This document shows positions 1 to 9,445 of a stretch of 55,391 nucleotides of DNA, piece by piece. Position numbers and translations under genes: made by a program. The notes beneath the pieces were generated by a model that saw only the letters and a program-made list of their open reading frames with translations, had not been told where the DNA came from and searched no databases. The stretch's first letter is position 1. The number at the start of each line of letters is the position of its first letter. The stretch lies in the sequence record SRR20825019_163. One strand, given 5' to 3'.

Positions 1-1
1 G

Positions 2-328
2 GATGACTTTGGCACCGGCTATTCATCGCTCAGCTACCTGCGGCAGTTCCCGTTTGACAAGCTCAAGATCGACAAGAGTTTTATCACAGACCTGAAGAAT
101 GACCAGCAGGCGCTTGGGATCGTGAAGGGCATGATTGGCCTTGCCCATGGGCTTGATATCCCGGTCCTTGCTGAAGGGGTCGAGAACGAAGCCCAGCTTG
201 CCATGCTGCGGCTTGAGCACGGGGATGAAGTGCAGGGCTTTTACACCGGTAAACCCATGCCAATAGCGCATTATCGTGAGCTGATTGGGGGCTACAGGCA
301 GGATGCGGATTTGAGCGCGAGCGCGTGA
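2..328 (+). CDS. EAL-domain (c-di-GMP phosphodiesterase) protein, C-terminal part, truncated by the window edge
   Basis: The frame from nt 2 reads DDFGTGYSSLSYLRQFPFDKLKIDKSF...AEGVENEAQ...VQGF, all canonical EAL motifs. Confidence 0.93.
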   Translation, partial: DDFGTGYSSLSYLRQFPFDKLKIDKSFITDLKNDQQALGIVKGMIGLAHGLDIPVLAEGVENEAQLAMLRLEHGDEVQGFYTGKPMPIAHYRELIGGYRQDADLSASA

Positions 329-346
329 CGCGGGCCAGCCTTCCAC

Positions 347-376
347 AAAAAAATGCCCCGCTTCAGGAGCGGGGCA
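347..376 (-). terminator. Rho-independent terminator
   Basis: Stem TGCCCCGCT-N5-AGCGGGGCA with an A7 run at 347-353 (U-tail on the minus strand). Confidence 0.8.
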
Positions 377-440
377 GTTGCTTTGACAGGAGGATACTCC
401 GGAGAGGACAATCAGCCGGAGCACCTTGTGTTGACCTCGA
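347..440 (-). ncRNA. Candidate small RNA with anti-SD (CCUCU/CCUCC) elements and its own intrinsic terminator
   Basis: On the minus strand there is a hairpin (416-425 with 393-402) with GUCCUCU in the loop, then CUCCUG, then a terminator stem (354-362 with 368-376) followed by U7. No credible ORF overlaps it. Confidence 0.45.
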
Positions 441-570
441 ACTATCGCACCGCTGTCGTGCTCTATCTCTTCCCGTCAATAACGTGATGCCTTGATAAAA
501 CGATGCTTGCCTTGGTGGCGCTCAAGCACAACCAAGATGCGACAAGTGGGTTTCGAGCTGCGGTGAAATG

Positions 571-1443
571 TTATTCTATATCATTATCAGTTGTGGCTGG
601 GATCGCTTCTGCATCCCGCAGCGCGACAAATTCGCGCCAGAAGGCAATGATGGAAACTCCCATACTGGCAACCTTGCCACGGATTTTGGTGCTGGCTGTC
701 TGGATACCAATCACCTGCCATGTGCCATCAACCTCTTGAAGGATGGGGCCACCGCTGTCCCCGCCGATAGACAGGCAATCGGTTACCAGAACATGCCCGC
801 GTTGCGCGGCGGCATGAATGCGGCAATTTTCTTCAAGGGAGAGCAGGTGCGCCCGGTCTCCCGGATACCCTGCGACCGTAATCATAGGGCTTTGCAGCAC
901 CGTGTTCACTTTGCCGTCAGCATTGATGGTGACATTGGACGGGAACGCGAGAAAACCCACACTTTCGCCAATGGGTTCCTCAAGGGTAAGCAGGGCCCAG
1001 TCATATTGCAGGGTTTCGTGCGATGCGCCTTTGGTGCCGTCAAAGGCCGGGCTCACCACATAAGATTTCACTTTGGAATGCCCCGCATAACCGCCCGCGT
1101 GATACCCGGCCACAAAATGCACGACACCGGGAACAACCAGCCCCTCCTGTGCGCGGGAATAGAGGCAATGAGCAGCGGTAAGCACAAGGTCTGGGCCAAT
1201 AAGGCTGCCGGAACAGTGCGCCCGCCCGCCGATGTTGACCCGGCCGATAGAACGCCACGGCGCAATGGTGCTGTCTGCCGCAGGGCGGTGGAAACTGGTG
1301 ACTACGGTCTCAGGCGCGTTGCCCGCTTCGCGCATTTTTCGCAGTTTTTCTTCCGCGCTTTCAGTTGCGCCTTCCTGCGCAAAAGCCTGCGTGGCGGTGA
1401 GAGCCAAAAGCCCAAGGAGAAATGCGGCGGCCTTATGTTTCAT
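571..1443 (-). CDS. Secreted trypsin-like (V8/glutamyl endopeptidase-type) serine protease
   Basis: Signal peptide (AFA), CSGSLIG, LTAAHC, DWAL, AGYPGD and GDSGGP catalytic motifs. Confidence 0.9.
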   Translation of the reverse strand: MKHKAAAFLLGLLALTATQAFAQEGATESAEEKLRKMREAGNAPETVVTSFHRPAADSTIAPWRSIGRVNIGGRAHCSGSLIGPDLVLTAAHCLYSRAQEGLVVPGVVHFVAGYHAGGYAGHSKVKSYVVSPAFDGTKGASHETLQYDWALLTLEEPIGESVGFLAFPSNVTINADGKVNTVLQSPMITVAGYPGDRAHLLSLEENCRIHAAAQRGHVLVTDCLSIGGDSGGPILQEVDGTWQVIGIQTASTKIRGKVASMGVSIIAFWREFVALRDAEAIPATTDNDIE

Positions 1444-1846
1444 GGGAGAGTTTAATCATCTGGTCGACTTCAAGGGCTTGCCCAAGCGGGATGCTTCGGT
1501 AAAAGCAGCTTGTGTGCCCCACATGGCAGCACTTGCCGCCTTTTTGCTCCACCACCAGCCAAAGGCTATCTTGGTCACAGTCGGTACGGAAATCTTTCAC
1601 CACCTGAAACTCGCCTGATGTCGCCCCCTTGTGCCAAAGCGTCTGGCGCGAACGGGAGAAATAATGCGCCTCGCCCGTCTCGATCGTTTTTAAAATGGCC
1701 TCTGCATTCATCCACGCCTGCATCAGCACGCGGCCCGAGGTTGCACAAGTTGTAACAACGGGGATAAGACCTCGGTCGTCAAACCCGGGGGCAAACTCAA
1801 GCCCATTCTCAAGCGCCACTTTATCGCTTCTGTCTGCAAATTTCAT
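1433..1846 (-). CDS. hisI: Phosphoribosyl-AMP cyclohydrolase
   Basis: [20 protein letters not shown] and CHVGHTSCF motifs. Confidence 0.95.
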   Translation of the reverse strand: MKFADRSDKVALENGLEFAPGFDDRGLIPVVTTCATSGRVLMQAWMNAEAILKTIETGEAHYFSRSRQTLWHKGATSGEFQVVKDFRTDCDQDSLWLVVEQKGGKCCHVGHTSCFYRSIPLGQALEVDQMIKLSHET

Positions 1847-1923
1847 TGGTGAACAGTTCCATAAATAAGTGAAGCGGCATCATCGGATAGATGCGCCGCT
1901 TCATCAAGTCACAGATTCTTGCC

Positions 1924-1957
1924 CTGACATTTAATCTGACATTTAATCTGGCATTTA
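1924..1957. repeat. 12-bp tandem repeat (about 2.8 copies) that includes the folE stop codon
   Basis: CTGACATTTAAT CTGACATTTAAT CTGGCATTTA. Confidence 0.8.
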
Positions 1958-2596
1958 GCCGCGGATCAGGTCCCAGAACCGGCGTTCCTGGTCGGCTTCA
2001 CGGAAACAACCCCGGAACTGACGGGTGATGGTATAGACCCCGTGGTGCTTCACACCGCGGCAGGTCATGCACTGATGTGTTGCGTCAACCACCACGGCTA
2101 CGCCCTTGGGGTCGAGATATTTCTCAATCGCGTCAGCGATCTGTGCGGTCATGGTTTCCTGTGTCTGCAGGCGGCGGGCATAGGCTTCCACAATACGCGC
2201 AAGCTTCGAGATGCCAACAACGCTACCGTTCGGCATATAGGCCACATGGGCGGTGCCCTGTACCGGTACCATATGGTGCTCACAGTGGCTTTCCACGCGA
2301 ATGCCGCGCAGGACCACCATGTCGTCATAACCGGCAACCTCATCGAAGGTGCGCGCGAGAATTTCTTCCGGGTCTTTATTATAGCCTGCAAAAAATTCTT
2401 CATAGGCTTTCACGACCCGTTTGGGGGTGTCGCGAAGGCCCTCACGGCCTGGGTTGTCACCAGCCCAGCGAATAAGAGTACGCACGGCAGCCTCGGCTTC
2501 GGCGCGCGATGGACGGCCACCAGCGCTCGGACGAGCACCTTCCGGGATGACCTTCAGTTCAGAGCCACTTTCGGCCCTTTCAAGTACGGCATCCAT
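1955..2596 (-). CDS. folE: GTP cyclohydrolase I
   Basis: TPKRV, SHCEHH, GISKLAR, LQTQE and HQCMTCRGV motifs. Start re-assigned to the ATG at 2596, which follows AAAGGA. Confidence 0.96.
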   Translation of the reverse strand: MDAVLERAESGSELKVIPEGARPSAGGRPSRAEAEAAVRTLIRWAGDNPGREGLRDTPKRVVKAYEEFFAGYNKDPEEILARTFDEVAGYDDMVVLRGIRVESHCEHHMVPVQGTAHVAYMPNGSVVGISKLARIVEAYARRLQTQETMTAQIADAIEKYLDPKGVAVVVDATHQCMTCRGVKHHGVYTITRQFRGCFREADQERRFWDLIRG

Positions 2597-2688
2597 CAAA
2601 ATTCCTTTCTGTGGATGAGTCCCCTTCATGGCAGATAATGCCGGGGCAGTATGTAGGTTCACGCAATCGAACGCGCGAACATCAGTTG

Positions 2689-2716
2689 ATATGGTCAGGA
2701 TTACCGGGATTTCAAG
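2689..2716 (-). promoter_or_regulatory. RpoH (sigma32)-like promoter upstream of folE
   Basis: CTTGAA-N16-CCATAT on the minus strand, resembling alphaproteobacterial RpoH promoters. Confidence 0.5.
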
Positions 2717-2855
2717 AGAAACGCAAGATTGTGGCAGATCACAATTTTGTCCCTTGGCAACCGGGCCTGATGGTTTTACGAACAAAGGACCGCGCCGGAT
2801 CACACCTTGACGGCCGCATGGGCGGCAACACGGGCTATAAGATGAATGAGCCGAC

Positions 2856-3284
2856 ATGACTGAGCTGTATAATACAGAGATATTGCGCTGGACCACACGC
2901 ATCCCCCATCAGAAGCGTCTGGTGGCTGCCGATGTGACGGTGACCAAAACCAGTCGTATCTGCGGCAGCCGTATCAGCGCCGACGCTCACCTTGTGCTCG
3001 GTCGGATCAAAACCTTTGGCTGGGAAGTGAAAGCCTGTGCGCTCGGGCAGGCGACAGCTGCAATCGTGGGCCAGCACGCTATTGGTCTCGGTGAGACAGA
3101 GCTTGCAGATATCGCAGCCCGGTTCCGCACCATGGTGCAAACGGGGGAAGCACACTTCCCTGATAAATGGCAAGAACTGGCGCTTTTGGCGCCGGTACAG
3201 GACCACCCCGGCAGGCACGGGTCTGTCATGCTGCCCTTTGAAGTGTTTGAGGGGATATTTGCCGCAGCCGAGAAAGCAGAGTAG
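2856..3284 (+). CDS. NifU/IscU-like Fe-S cluster scaffold protein
   Basis: SRICGS and ACALGQA motifs and a C-terminal RHGSVMLPF, typical of alphaproteobacterial NifU_N proteins. Confidence 0.88.
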   Translation: MTELYNTEILRWTTRIPHQKRLVAADVTVTKTSRICGSRISADAHLVLGRIKTFGWEVKACALGQATAAIVGQHAIGLGETELADIAARFRTMVQTGEAHFPDKWQELALLAPVQDHPGRHGSVMLPFEVFEGIFAAAEKAE

Positions 3285-3371
3285 GGTCTGCCCGCACCGG
3301 CGCGTATCATAATGAGAACGCATTTTGCCACAACAGTCAGTCGCGCGACCTAAAGTGCCGAGAGGAAACCT

Positions 3372-4433
3372 ATGCCCTTCAAGTTAATGGCGGCTGCCAT
3401 AATGATATGTGCGGCCTTTGCGCCAGCCCATGCCAACACCACAATGGATGAACTTGTCGAGGCGGCAACGCAGGGCGGCTATGAAAACATCACCAGCATA
3501 TTGGTTGCGAAAGACGGCAAGGTGCTTGCGGAGCATTATTTTGGCGGTCGCGATGCAGACACGCTTCACAACACCCGGTCTGTCACCAAAAGCCTGACAA
3601 GCATGGCGGTTGGCGCGGCGATCTATCAGGGTGCGCTGCTTGACGAGCACGAACGTGTTTTTCAATTTTTCGGTGACGTGGGACCGCATGACAATATGTC
3701 TGATCTCAAGCGCGTGATTACCGTCCGTGATTTGATGACCATGTCGTCTGCGCTCGCGTGTAACGACAATGACCCAGCCTCGCCGGGTTATGAAGACAAG
3801 ATGCACGAACGCGCAAACTGGACGGAGTTTGTACTCAATCTGCCCACCATGGAAGGCTATGCGCGCAATGAGGGCGGTTTTGGCCCCTTTCGCTACTGCA
3901 CCGCAGGCAGCTTCCTGATCGGACAACTGCTTGAACGTGCCATGGGGTTGAGCGTGGACGAGTTTGCCGATGACGCCCTTTTTGGACCGCTCGGCATCAC
4001 TCGCTATGAATGGTATCGCTCCCCATCTGCCGAAGAGCAAACAGGCGGTGGTTTGCTGCTTTCAACCCGCAGCCTGTGGAAGGTTGCGGAACTGGTGCGC
4101 GCGGGCGGCATGTGGCACGGCAGGCGGTTGTTGCCAAAAGGCTGGACAAGCGCGATGACCAGCCCGCAGGTAAGCGTGGATGAAACCACGTCATACGGTT
4201 ACCTGTGGTGGGTGGGTGAGTTTAAAAGCGCCACCACAAGCGCTGCGTACCCGGCCTATTATATGGCGGGCAACGGCGGCAATAAGGTTGTGGTGATTCC
4301 GAGCCTGAAAATGGTGACGGTTATCACGTCCACAAATTACAACACGCGCGGCATGCACGCACAAACCACTGAGATGCTGGAGCGCTATATCCTGCCGGCC
4401 TTTGAACGAGGCGCGGTGCATCAGGGGCGATAA
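3372..4433 (+). CDS. Secreted serine hydrolase, beta-lactamase class C/CubicO family
   Basis: Signal peptide, SVTK (SxxK), LMTMSS, YGYLWW, GNGGN. Confidence 0.9.
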   Translation: MPFKLMAAAIMICAAFAPAHANTTMDELVEAATQGGYENITSILVAKDGKVLAEHYFGGRDADTLHNTRSVTKSLTSMAVGAAIYQGALLDEHERVFQFFGDVGPHDNMSDLKRVITVRDLMTMSSALACNDNDPASPGYEDKMHERANWTEFVLNLPTMEGYARNEGGFGPFRYCTAGSFLIGQLLERAMGLSVDEFADDALFGPLGITRYEWYRSPSAEEQTGGGLLLSTRSLWKVAELVRAGGMWHGRRLLPKGWTSAMTSPQVSVDETTSYGYLWWVGEFKSATTSAAYPAYYMAGNGGNKVVVIPSLKMVTVITSTNYNTRGMHAQTTEMLERYILPAFERGAVHQGR

Positions 4434-4436
4434 ACC

Positions 4437-5201
4437 TCAGGCATTCAGATACTGACTCGCCCAGGCGGAAAGCACGCGGGCGACATAAATGCCGTCATGC
4501 GGACGCTGCATCAACAGATGATCTGCGAGGTCGAGCGAGACATAGCTTTTAGGGTGCTTCGCTGTTTCAAAAATCCGACGGGCATGGTCAACCGAGACAG
4601 TTTCATCAACCGGGCTATGCATCACCAGAAGGGGTTTTCTTAAGCGCCGTATCGCGGTTTCCACATTCTGGGCGCGGGCGTCTTCCACAAACTGGTGTTT
4701 GATTTTAAAGGGCCGCCCCGCGAGCGATACGGTTGCCTCGCCGTTTTGCTCAATGTTGTCCAGATCTGCGCTGAACTGTTTCAGCACGTTTTCACTATCA
4801 AACGGCGCGGCGATAGTTGCGACGGCTTTCACCTCAGGCACCTGCCCTGCGGCCACAAGGGTTGCGGCACCACCAAGGCTGTGGCCAACCATGATGGAGG
4901 GTGCCTCAAGTTCCTGCCGCATATAGTCCGCCGCCGCCAAAAGGTCTGCCACGTTGGAGGAGAAATTGGTGTTGGCAAAATCCCCGTTTGAGCGGCCAAG
5001 CCCGGTAAAATCAAACCGAAACAGGGCGATACCGTCATCATTGAGGGCTTTGGCAATGCGGTTGATGGCGTTCAGGTCTTTCCCGCAGGTGAAACAGTGC
5101 GCGAACAGCGCATAGGCGCGGGGGTTTTCCTCGGGCGCATCCAGCTTTGCGGCAAGTTCAGCGCCGAGCGCGCCTTTGAATGTGATCTTTGTTGCGGGCA
5201 T
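4437..5201 (-). CDS. Alpha/beta hydrolase (the type usually fused to OsmC), stand-alone here
   Basis: FAHCFTCGKD, FDFTGLG, GHSLGG, HSPVD and HPKSYVSLDLADHLL. The ORF ends at 254 aa with no OsmC domain. Confidence 0.88.
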   Translation of the reverse strand: MPATKITFKGALGAELAAKLDAPEENPRAYALFAHCFTCGKDLNAINRIAKALNDDGIALFRFDFTGLGRSNGDFANTNFSSNVADLLAAADYMRQELEAPSIMVGHSLGGAATLVAAGQVPEVKAVATIAAPFDSENVLKQFSADLDNIEQNGEATVSLAGRPFKIKHQFVEDARAQNVETAIRRLRKPLLVMHSPVDETVSVDHARRIFETAKHPKSYVSLDLADHLLMQRPHDGIYVARVLSAWASQYLNA

Positions 5202-5314
5202 CTTGTCCTCCTCATCGGCCTCATCGGTAGGTCTAAGATAAGATCGATGTGTGATGGTGCTAGCGTCCTCCTGTGCAACACTGTGTTGCCGGTAGGGGAA
5301 CTTGTTGGCGCGTT

Positions 5315-6724
5315 TTAGTTTCCGAGCGCTTCGCCCATGCGCCGGATGGCGTCAATCTTGTCATAAAGCGGTTGCCAGTCGTCACGCTCCGCGATGTGAG
5401 ACCAGATGTCTTCCACTTCTTCAATCAGCATGGTGCAGGGGGCCGCATCGCTGAAATAGGGATGGTTGAGCGCATCTGCGCGCGCGGGCCCAAAGCTCGC
5501 CAGCGCGGCTTTCAGGTCTGCGGCTGAAGTGTAGCGTTCGGCCTCGGGGCTTGCGTCTGCCCGTTTGGTGCTTGCGCCGCCGCCATACCAGTCAAAGAAA
5601 AAACGCTCATACGGGAATTTTTCCTTGAGCATGAAGTTATTGATAAGCGTTAAGAGGGCATCGTCTTCCTTGTCGCCCTTGGCTTTGACACCGAGACGCG
5701 CCAGCAGTTTTTCCCTGAGTGCTTTGAGGTAGATATGGGGGAAGGGTTCGAGCACATCCTTGAGCGCCTGTTCCTCACAGATATCCGCGAGCGCACCACC
5801 AAGCTGATAGATGTTCCAGTGCAGCGCGTCGGGTTGTCTGCCGTAAGCATAAAGCCCGGTTTCATCAAAATAGGCGGCGGTGAAACCAAGTTCCATATGG
5901 GGCAGGAACCGCCACGGACCAAAGTCAAACACCTCGCCGGTGATGTTGATGTTGTCTGTATTAAGCACCCCGTGCACAAAACCGGCGGCCATCAGCTCCG
6001 CTGCTTGCACGGCCACACGTTCCATCACAAGCCGCAGGAACAGAAGAGCACGGTCTGCGGCGCTGCCTTTTGGTTCCGTATCAAAATAATGTTTCAGGCA
6101 ATAGTTGATGAGGGTTTCAATCCGTGCGGTATCGGTGAAAAAGGCGTGCCGCTGGAAGGTGCCGATGCGAATATTGCCGTGGCAGAGCCGCACCATCACG
6201 CTCGACCGTGTGGGGGAGGGTTCGTCCCCCCGCATCAGGCTTTCACCCGTTTCAATAAGCGAGAATGTGCGGCTGGTGTAAACACCAAGCGCTTCCAGAA
6301 GTTCTGTCGCCATCACCTCGCGCACGCCACCCTTGAGCGTGAGCCTGCCGTCGCCAGACCGACTATAGGGTGTGGTGCCGGTGCCCTTGGTGCCAAGGTC
6401 CATCAGGCGGCCCGCATCATCCCGCATCTGGGCAAACAGAAAACCGCGGCCGTCACCGATATCAGGATTGTAGCTTCTGAACTGGTGGCCGTGATAGCGC
6501 TGTGCAATGGGGTTTTTGAGGTTGTCGTCAAGTGGCAGGAAGGCGCCAAAATGTTTGGTCCATTCCTCATCGGTCAGGCCGTCAAGGCCAACGGTTTTGG
6601 CAGCAACATCATTGCGGTAGCGCAGAATATGTTTGGGGAACGCGGCCGCTTGTACGTCATCGCCAAACCCTTCTCCCAGATCAGGGAAAACGGGCTCGGG
6701 TTTATAGGATTTTTTAAAAGGCAT
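5315..6724 (-). CDS. selO: SelO/YdiU-family protein adenylyltransferase
   Basis: YHGHQF, GDGR, KGTGTTPYSRSGDGR, HGVLNTDN, DFGP. Confidence 0.94.
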   Translation of the reverse strand: MPFKKSYKPEPVFPDLGEGFGDDVQAAAFPKHILRYRNDVAAKTVGLDGLTDEEWTKHFGAFLPLDDNLKNPIAQRYHGHQFRSYNPDIGDGRGFLFAQMRDDAGRLMDLGTKGTGTTPYSRSGDGRLTLKGGVREVMATELLEALGVYTSRTFSLIETGESLMRGDEPSPTRSSVMVRLCHGNIRIGTFQRHAFFTDTARIETLINYCLKHYFDTEPKGSAADRALLFLRLVMERVAVQAAELMAAGFVHGVLNTDNINITGEVFDFGPWRFLPHMELGFTAAYFDETGLYAYGRQPDALHWNIYQLGGALADICEEQALKDVLEPFPHIYLKALREKLLARLGVKAKGDKEDDALLTLINNFMLKEKFPYERFFFDWYGGGASTKRADASPEAERYTSAADLKAALASFGPARADALNHPYFSDAAPCTMLIEEVEDIWSHIAERDDWQPLYDKIDAIRRMGEALGN

Positions 6725-6777
6725 GGAATGTTTGGGCCTTCAGCGTGTGAGGTTGATTTGCCCTCAACCCTATCACC

Positions 6778-7365
6778 TTAGGTGGGGAAGCCCCAAGTCA
6801 CGTGGTTGTCAAACTCTGGCCGGGGGCGTTCGCTTGGCTCTTCCGCCTGGTTGCCAAAGAAGATGAAACCCGCGATATTCTCGTTGGCTTTGAGGCCGAG
6901 GCCATCTTTCACGGTCGGGCTATAAGACGCCCAGCCTGTAAGCCAGCATGAGGCATAACCAAGGGCCGTGGCGGCCGTGATCATGTTCTGGCAAGCGGCG
7001 CCAGCGGATAGCTCCTGCTCCCACACAGGGATGGTGCTTTCTTCCCGAACGCTTGAAATGGCGACAACAAGCACAGGGCCTTGCGTTGCGTAACCCTTCA
7101 TTTTTTCGGCGACTTTTTCGCTGCTCTCATTCTCATCAACAAGCGCTTTGGCGATCAGGTCACCCAGCTTTTCCCGCGCGGCACCTTCAAGCACCAGATA
7201 CCGCCACGGGAACAGTTTGCCATGGTCAGGCACGCGAAGCGCCGCCTGAAGAATCTTCTCCATCGCGTCCCGGTCAGGGCCGGGGCCAGCCATATCGCGC
7301 GCCTTGACGCTGCGGCGGTTCATCAGAAGGTCATAGGTAGCGGTGTTGGGTGCGTTGAACGGCAT
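6778..7365 (-). CDS. Nitroreductase family protein (YdjA-like)
   Basis: RRSVK, RVPDHGKLFPW, WEQELSAGAACQN, WLTGW. Confidence 0.92.
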   Translation of the reverse strand: MPFNAPNTATYDLLMNRRSVKARDMAGPGPDRDAMEKILQAALRVPDHGKLFPWRYLVLEGAAREKLGDLIAKALVDENESSEKVAEKMKGYATQGPVLVVAISSVREESTIPVWEQELSAGAACQNMITAATALGYASCWLTGWASYSPTVKDGLGLKANENIAGFIFFGNQAEEPSERPRPEFDNHVTWGFPT

Positions 7366-7380
7366 GATACTCTCGCTGGT

Positions 7381-7899
7381 TTACTTGCTGGGGGACAACT
7401 GTTTGTAGAAGAAACAGGTATCATGCTTGGTGCCGTCGCTGTCAATCGTGAAGGCTGGCACAATGCCAAAGCGGGTATAGCCCAAGCGGCCATATAGGCC
7501 GTCTGCCACATCACCGCGGCGGGTATCCAGCAGGAGAAGCGTGCGTCCGATTTCCCAGGCTTTGTGTTCAAGTGCGGCCATCAGCTTGTGGCCAATGCCA
7601 TGACCGCGCGAGGTTGGGTGGACCATCAGTTTTTCAACTTCGCCCCTGTGGGCGCCATTGCCTTTTTGGGTGAGCCGCAGTTGCACGACGCCGTAGGCGC
7701 GACCTTCCTCATGCGCGATGAAGATCAGCCGTTCACCGGAATACACCGCGTTTTGCACAAACTGCCAGTAGGCATCAGCCCGCTCAGGCGCTACGGGCGG
7801 TAGAAAACCGATAGAAGCGCCCGCCGTTACGGTCTCGACCAATATTTCATTAAGGTCCGCCATAAAGGGCGAAATGTCTTTTACGCTGTCAACTTGCAT
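7381..7899 (-). CDS. GNAT acetyltransferase (tabtoxin-resistance-protein-like)
   Basis: GASIGF, NGAHRGEVEKLMVHPTSRGHGIG, LLLDT. Confidence 0.9.
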   Translation of the reverse strand: MQVDSVKDISPFMADLNEILVETVTAGASIGFLPPVAPERADAYWQFVQNAVYSGERLIFIAHEEGRAYGVVQLRLTQKGNGAHRGEVEKLMVHPTSRGHGIGHKLMAALEHKAWEIGRTLLLLDTRRGDVADGLYGRLGYTRFGIVPAFTIDSDGTKHDTCFFYKQLSPSK

Positions 7900-7970
7900 G
7901 TGCCTGAGAAATCCGAATTTACAAAAAAATAAAATTCATTCAAACGGACGACGCCTTTATGCTGTCGCCA

Positions 7971-8000
7971 TACATGGTATTTTGCCTGAAATACCATGTA
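7971..8000. promoter_or_regulatory. 12-bp perfect inverted repeat in a divergent promoter region (candidate operator)
   Basis: TACATGGTATTT-N6-AAATACCATGTA, with no U-tail. Confidence 0.45.
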
Positions 8001-8164
8001 CATTTGTGACACTATTAGTCAAAGTCCAAAAACTCCATAGCTTTTATTCATCTTTTTTTACAATCGCTTAGGTTTAGTCTTTGTGTTTATTGTTCACTTT
8101 CTTGTTGGTTTGCGCGCGTCGCACTTTGGGCTATAGCTAGTGAAATTTTTTCTGGAGGCAGATT

Positions 8165-9445
8165 ATGAAAGCGACATTGCTCGCGCTCGCCCTGATGGGT
8201 GCAAGCGCTGTAAGCCATGCTAATCAAGGCGTTACCGGTGTAACGGATGAACAGGCAGTGGATTCCGCTACGGGTATCAAGGTTGCGCCCGGTTTCCGTG
8301 CCACGGTGTTTGCGGATGGTATCGGCCGCGCGCGCCATATGGCAGCCTCAGGTAGTGGTTGGGTCTATGTGGCGCTTGCTCGGGAGCAGGACGGTTATGG
8401 TGCCGTTGCGTTATTTGACAGCGACGGTGACGGTGTGGCGGATGAGCGGCAGGCTTTTGCCGCAGGTGTGGCAGGCACCGGCATGGGCATAAACGGAAAT
8501 TATCTTTATTTTGCAACGGATGAGGCCGTGATGCGCTGGCCCTTGCCTGAGGCGGGCGCGCCGACGGGTGAGGCAGAGGTGATTGTTGCGGATTTCCCCA
8601 ATGAGCGCCAGCACTCAGCTAAGCCGTTCACCTTTGACGATGCGGGCCATATTTATGTGAATATCGGCGCGCCATCGAACGCCTGCATGGAAAAGATGCG
8701 CACCAAGGGTTCACCGGGCATGGAGTCGTGCCCGATCCTTGAACAGTTTGGCGGTGTATGGCGTTTTGATGCAGACAAGCCGGGCCAAACGCAGGCTGAC
8801 GGGATTCATTACGCTACCGGAATAAGAAACGCTATGGCGATTGACTGGAACCCGCATGCGGATACGCTTTATATAGCGCAGCACGGGCGCGACCAGTTGC
8901 ACAGCTTTTTCCCTGATCTCTATGATGAAACCCAAAGTGCCGAGCTGCCGGCGGAAGAATTCCACAGGGTGGAAGAGGGTGCTGATATTGGCTGGCCTTA
9001 TAGTTATGTGGACGCCAGCATCAAAGGCCGGGTGAAAATGCCAGAGTATGGCGGCGACGGTATGATGCTGTCTGACAGAGGGCAGGAACCGCTGATTGCC
9101 TTCCCGGCCCACTGGGCGCCAAATGACCTCTCGTTCCCGCGCACAGAAGCGCTGCCTGAGGGCTGGCGTACGGGCGCTTTCATTGCGTTCCATGGCTCAT
9201 GGAACCGGGCGCCAAAACCGCAGGCAGGTTACCGCGTGGTTTATGTGCCGATGGAGGCGGATGGCAATGTTTCAGGTGACTGGATAACCTTCGCAGACGG
9301 TTTTGCGGGTGAACGCCCTATCATGAGCCCACGTGATGCAACGCACCGCCCAACCGGTGTATTGGTAGCGGATGACGGTGCGATTTATTTCTCAAGCCTG
9401 ATGTCGGGCGGCCGTATCTGGAAGGTGGTTTATGCAGGCGAATAA
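8165..9445 (+). CDS. Periplasmic glucose/sorbosone dehydrogenase-family (PQQ-type beta-propeller) protein
   Basis: Signal peptide, PSNAC, ATGIRN, QHGRD, PAEE, GWPY, PAHWAP, AFHGSWNR, RPTG. Confidence 0.9.
   Translation: MKATLLALALMGASAVSHANQGVTGVTDEQAVDSATGIKVAPGFRATVFADGIGRARHMAASGSGWVYVALAREQDGYGAVALFDSDGDGVADERQAFAAGVAGTGMGINGNYLYFATDEAVMRWPLPEAGAPTGEAEVIVADFPNERQHSAKPFTFDDAGHIYVNIGAPSNACMEKMRTKGSPGMESCPILEQFGGVWRFDADKPGQTQADGIHYATGIRNAMAIDWNPHADTLYIAQHGRDQLHSFFPDLYDETQSAELPAEEFHRVEEGADIGWPYSYVDASIKGRVKMPEYGGDGMMLSDRGQEPLIAFPAHWAPNDLSFPRTEALPEGWRTGAFIAFHGSWNRAPKPQAGYRVVYVPMEADGNVSGDWITFADGFAGERPIMSPRDATHRPTGVLVADDGAIYFSSLMSGGRIWKVVYAGE

Noticed and set aside
568-1455. 295-aa + strand ORF
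   Set aside because: Antisense shadow of the serine protease gene, with no recognisable motifs
2597-2690. Possible THF-II (folE motif) riboswitch upstream of folE
   Set aside because: Only a simple hairpin is visible and I could not match the motif's conserved nucleotides. An Rfam scan would settle it
2597-2902. N-terminal extensions in the ORF track for folE (also 28728-29165, 29885-30103 and 23292-23435)
   Set aside because: The extensions overlap promoters or opposite-strand genes. Downstream starts have RBSs and match the family length
5735-6781. 348-aa + strand ORF
   Set aside because: Antisense shadow of selO, typical of high-GC codon bias
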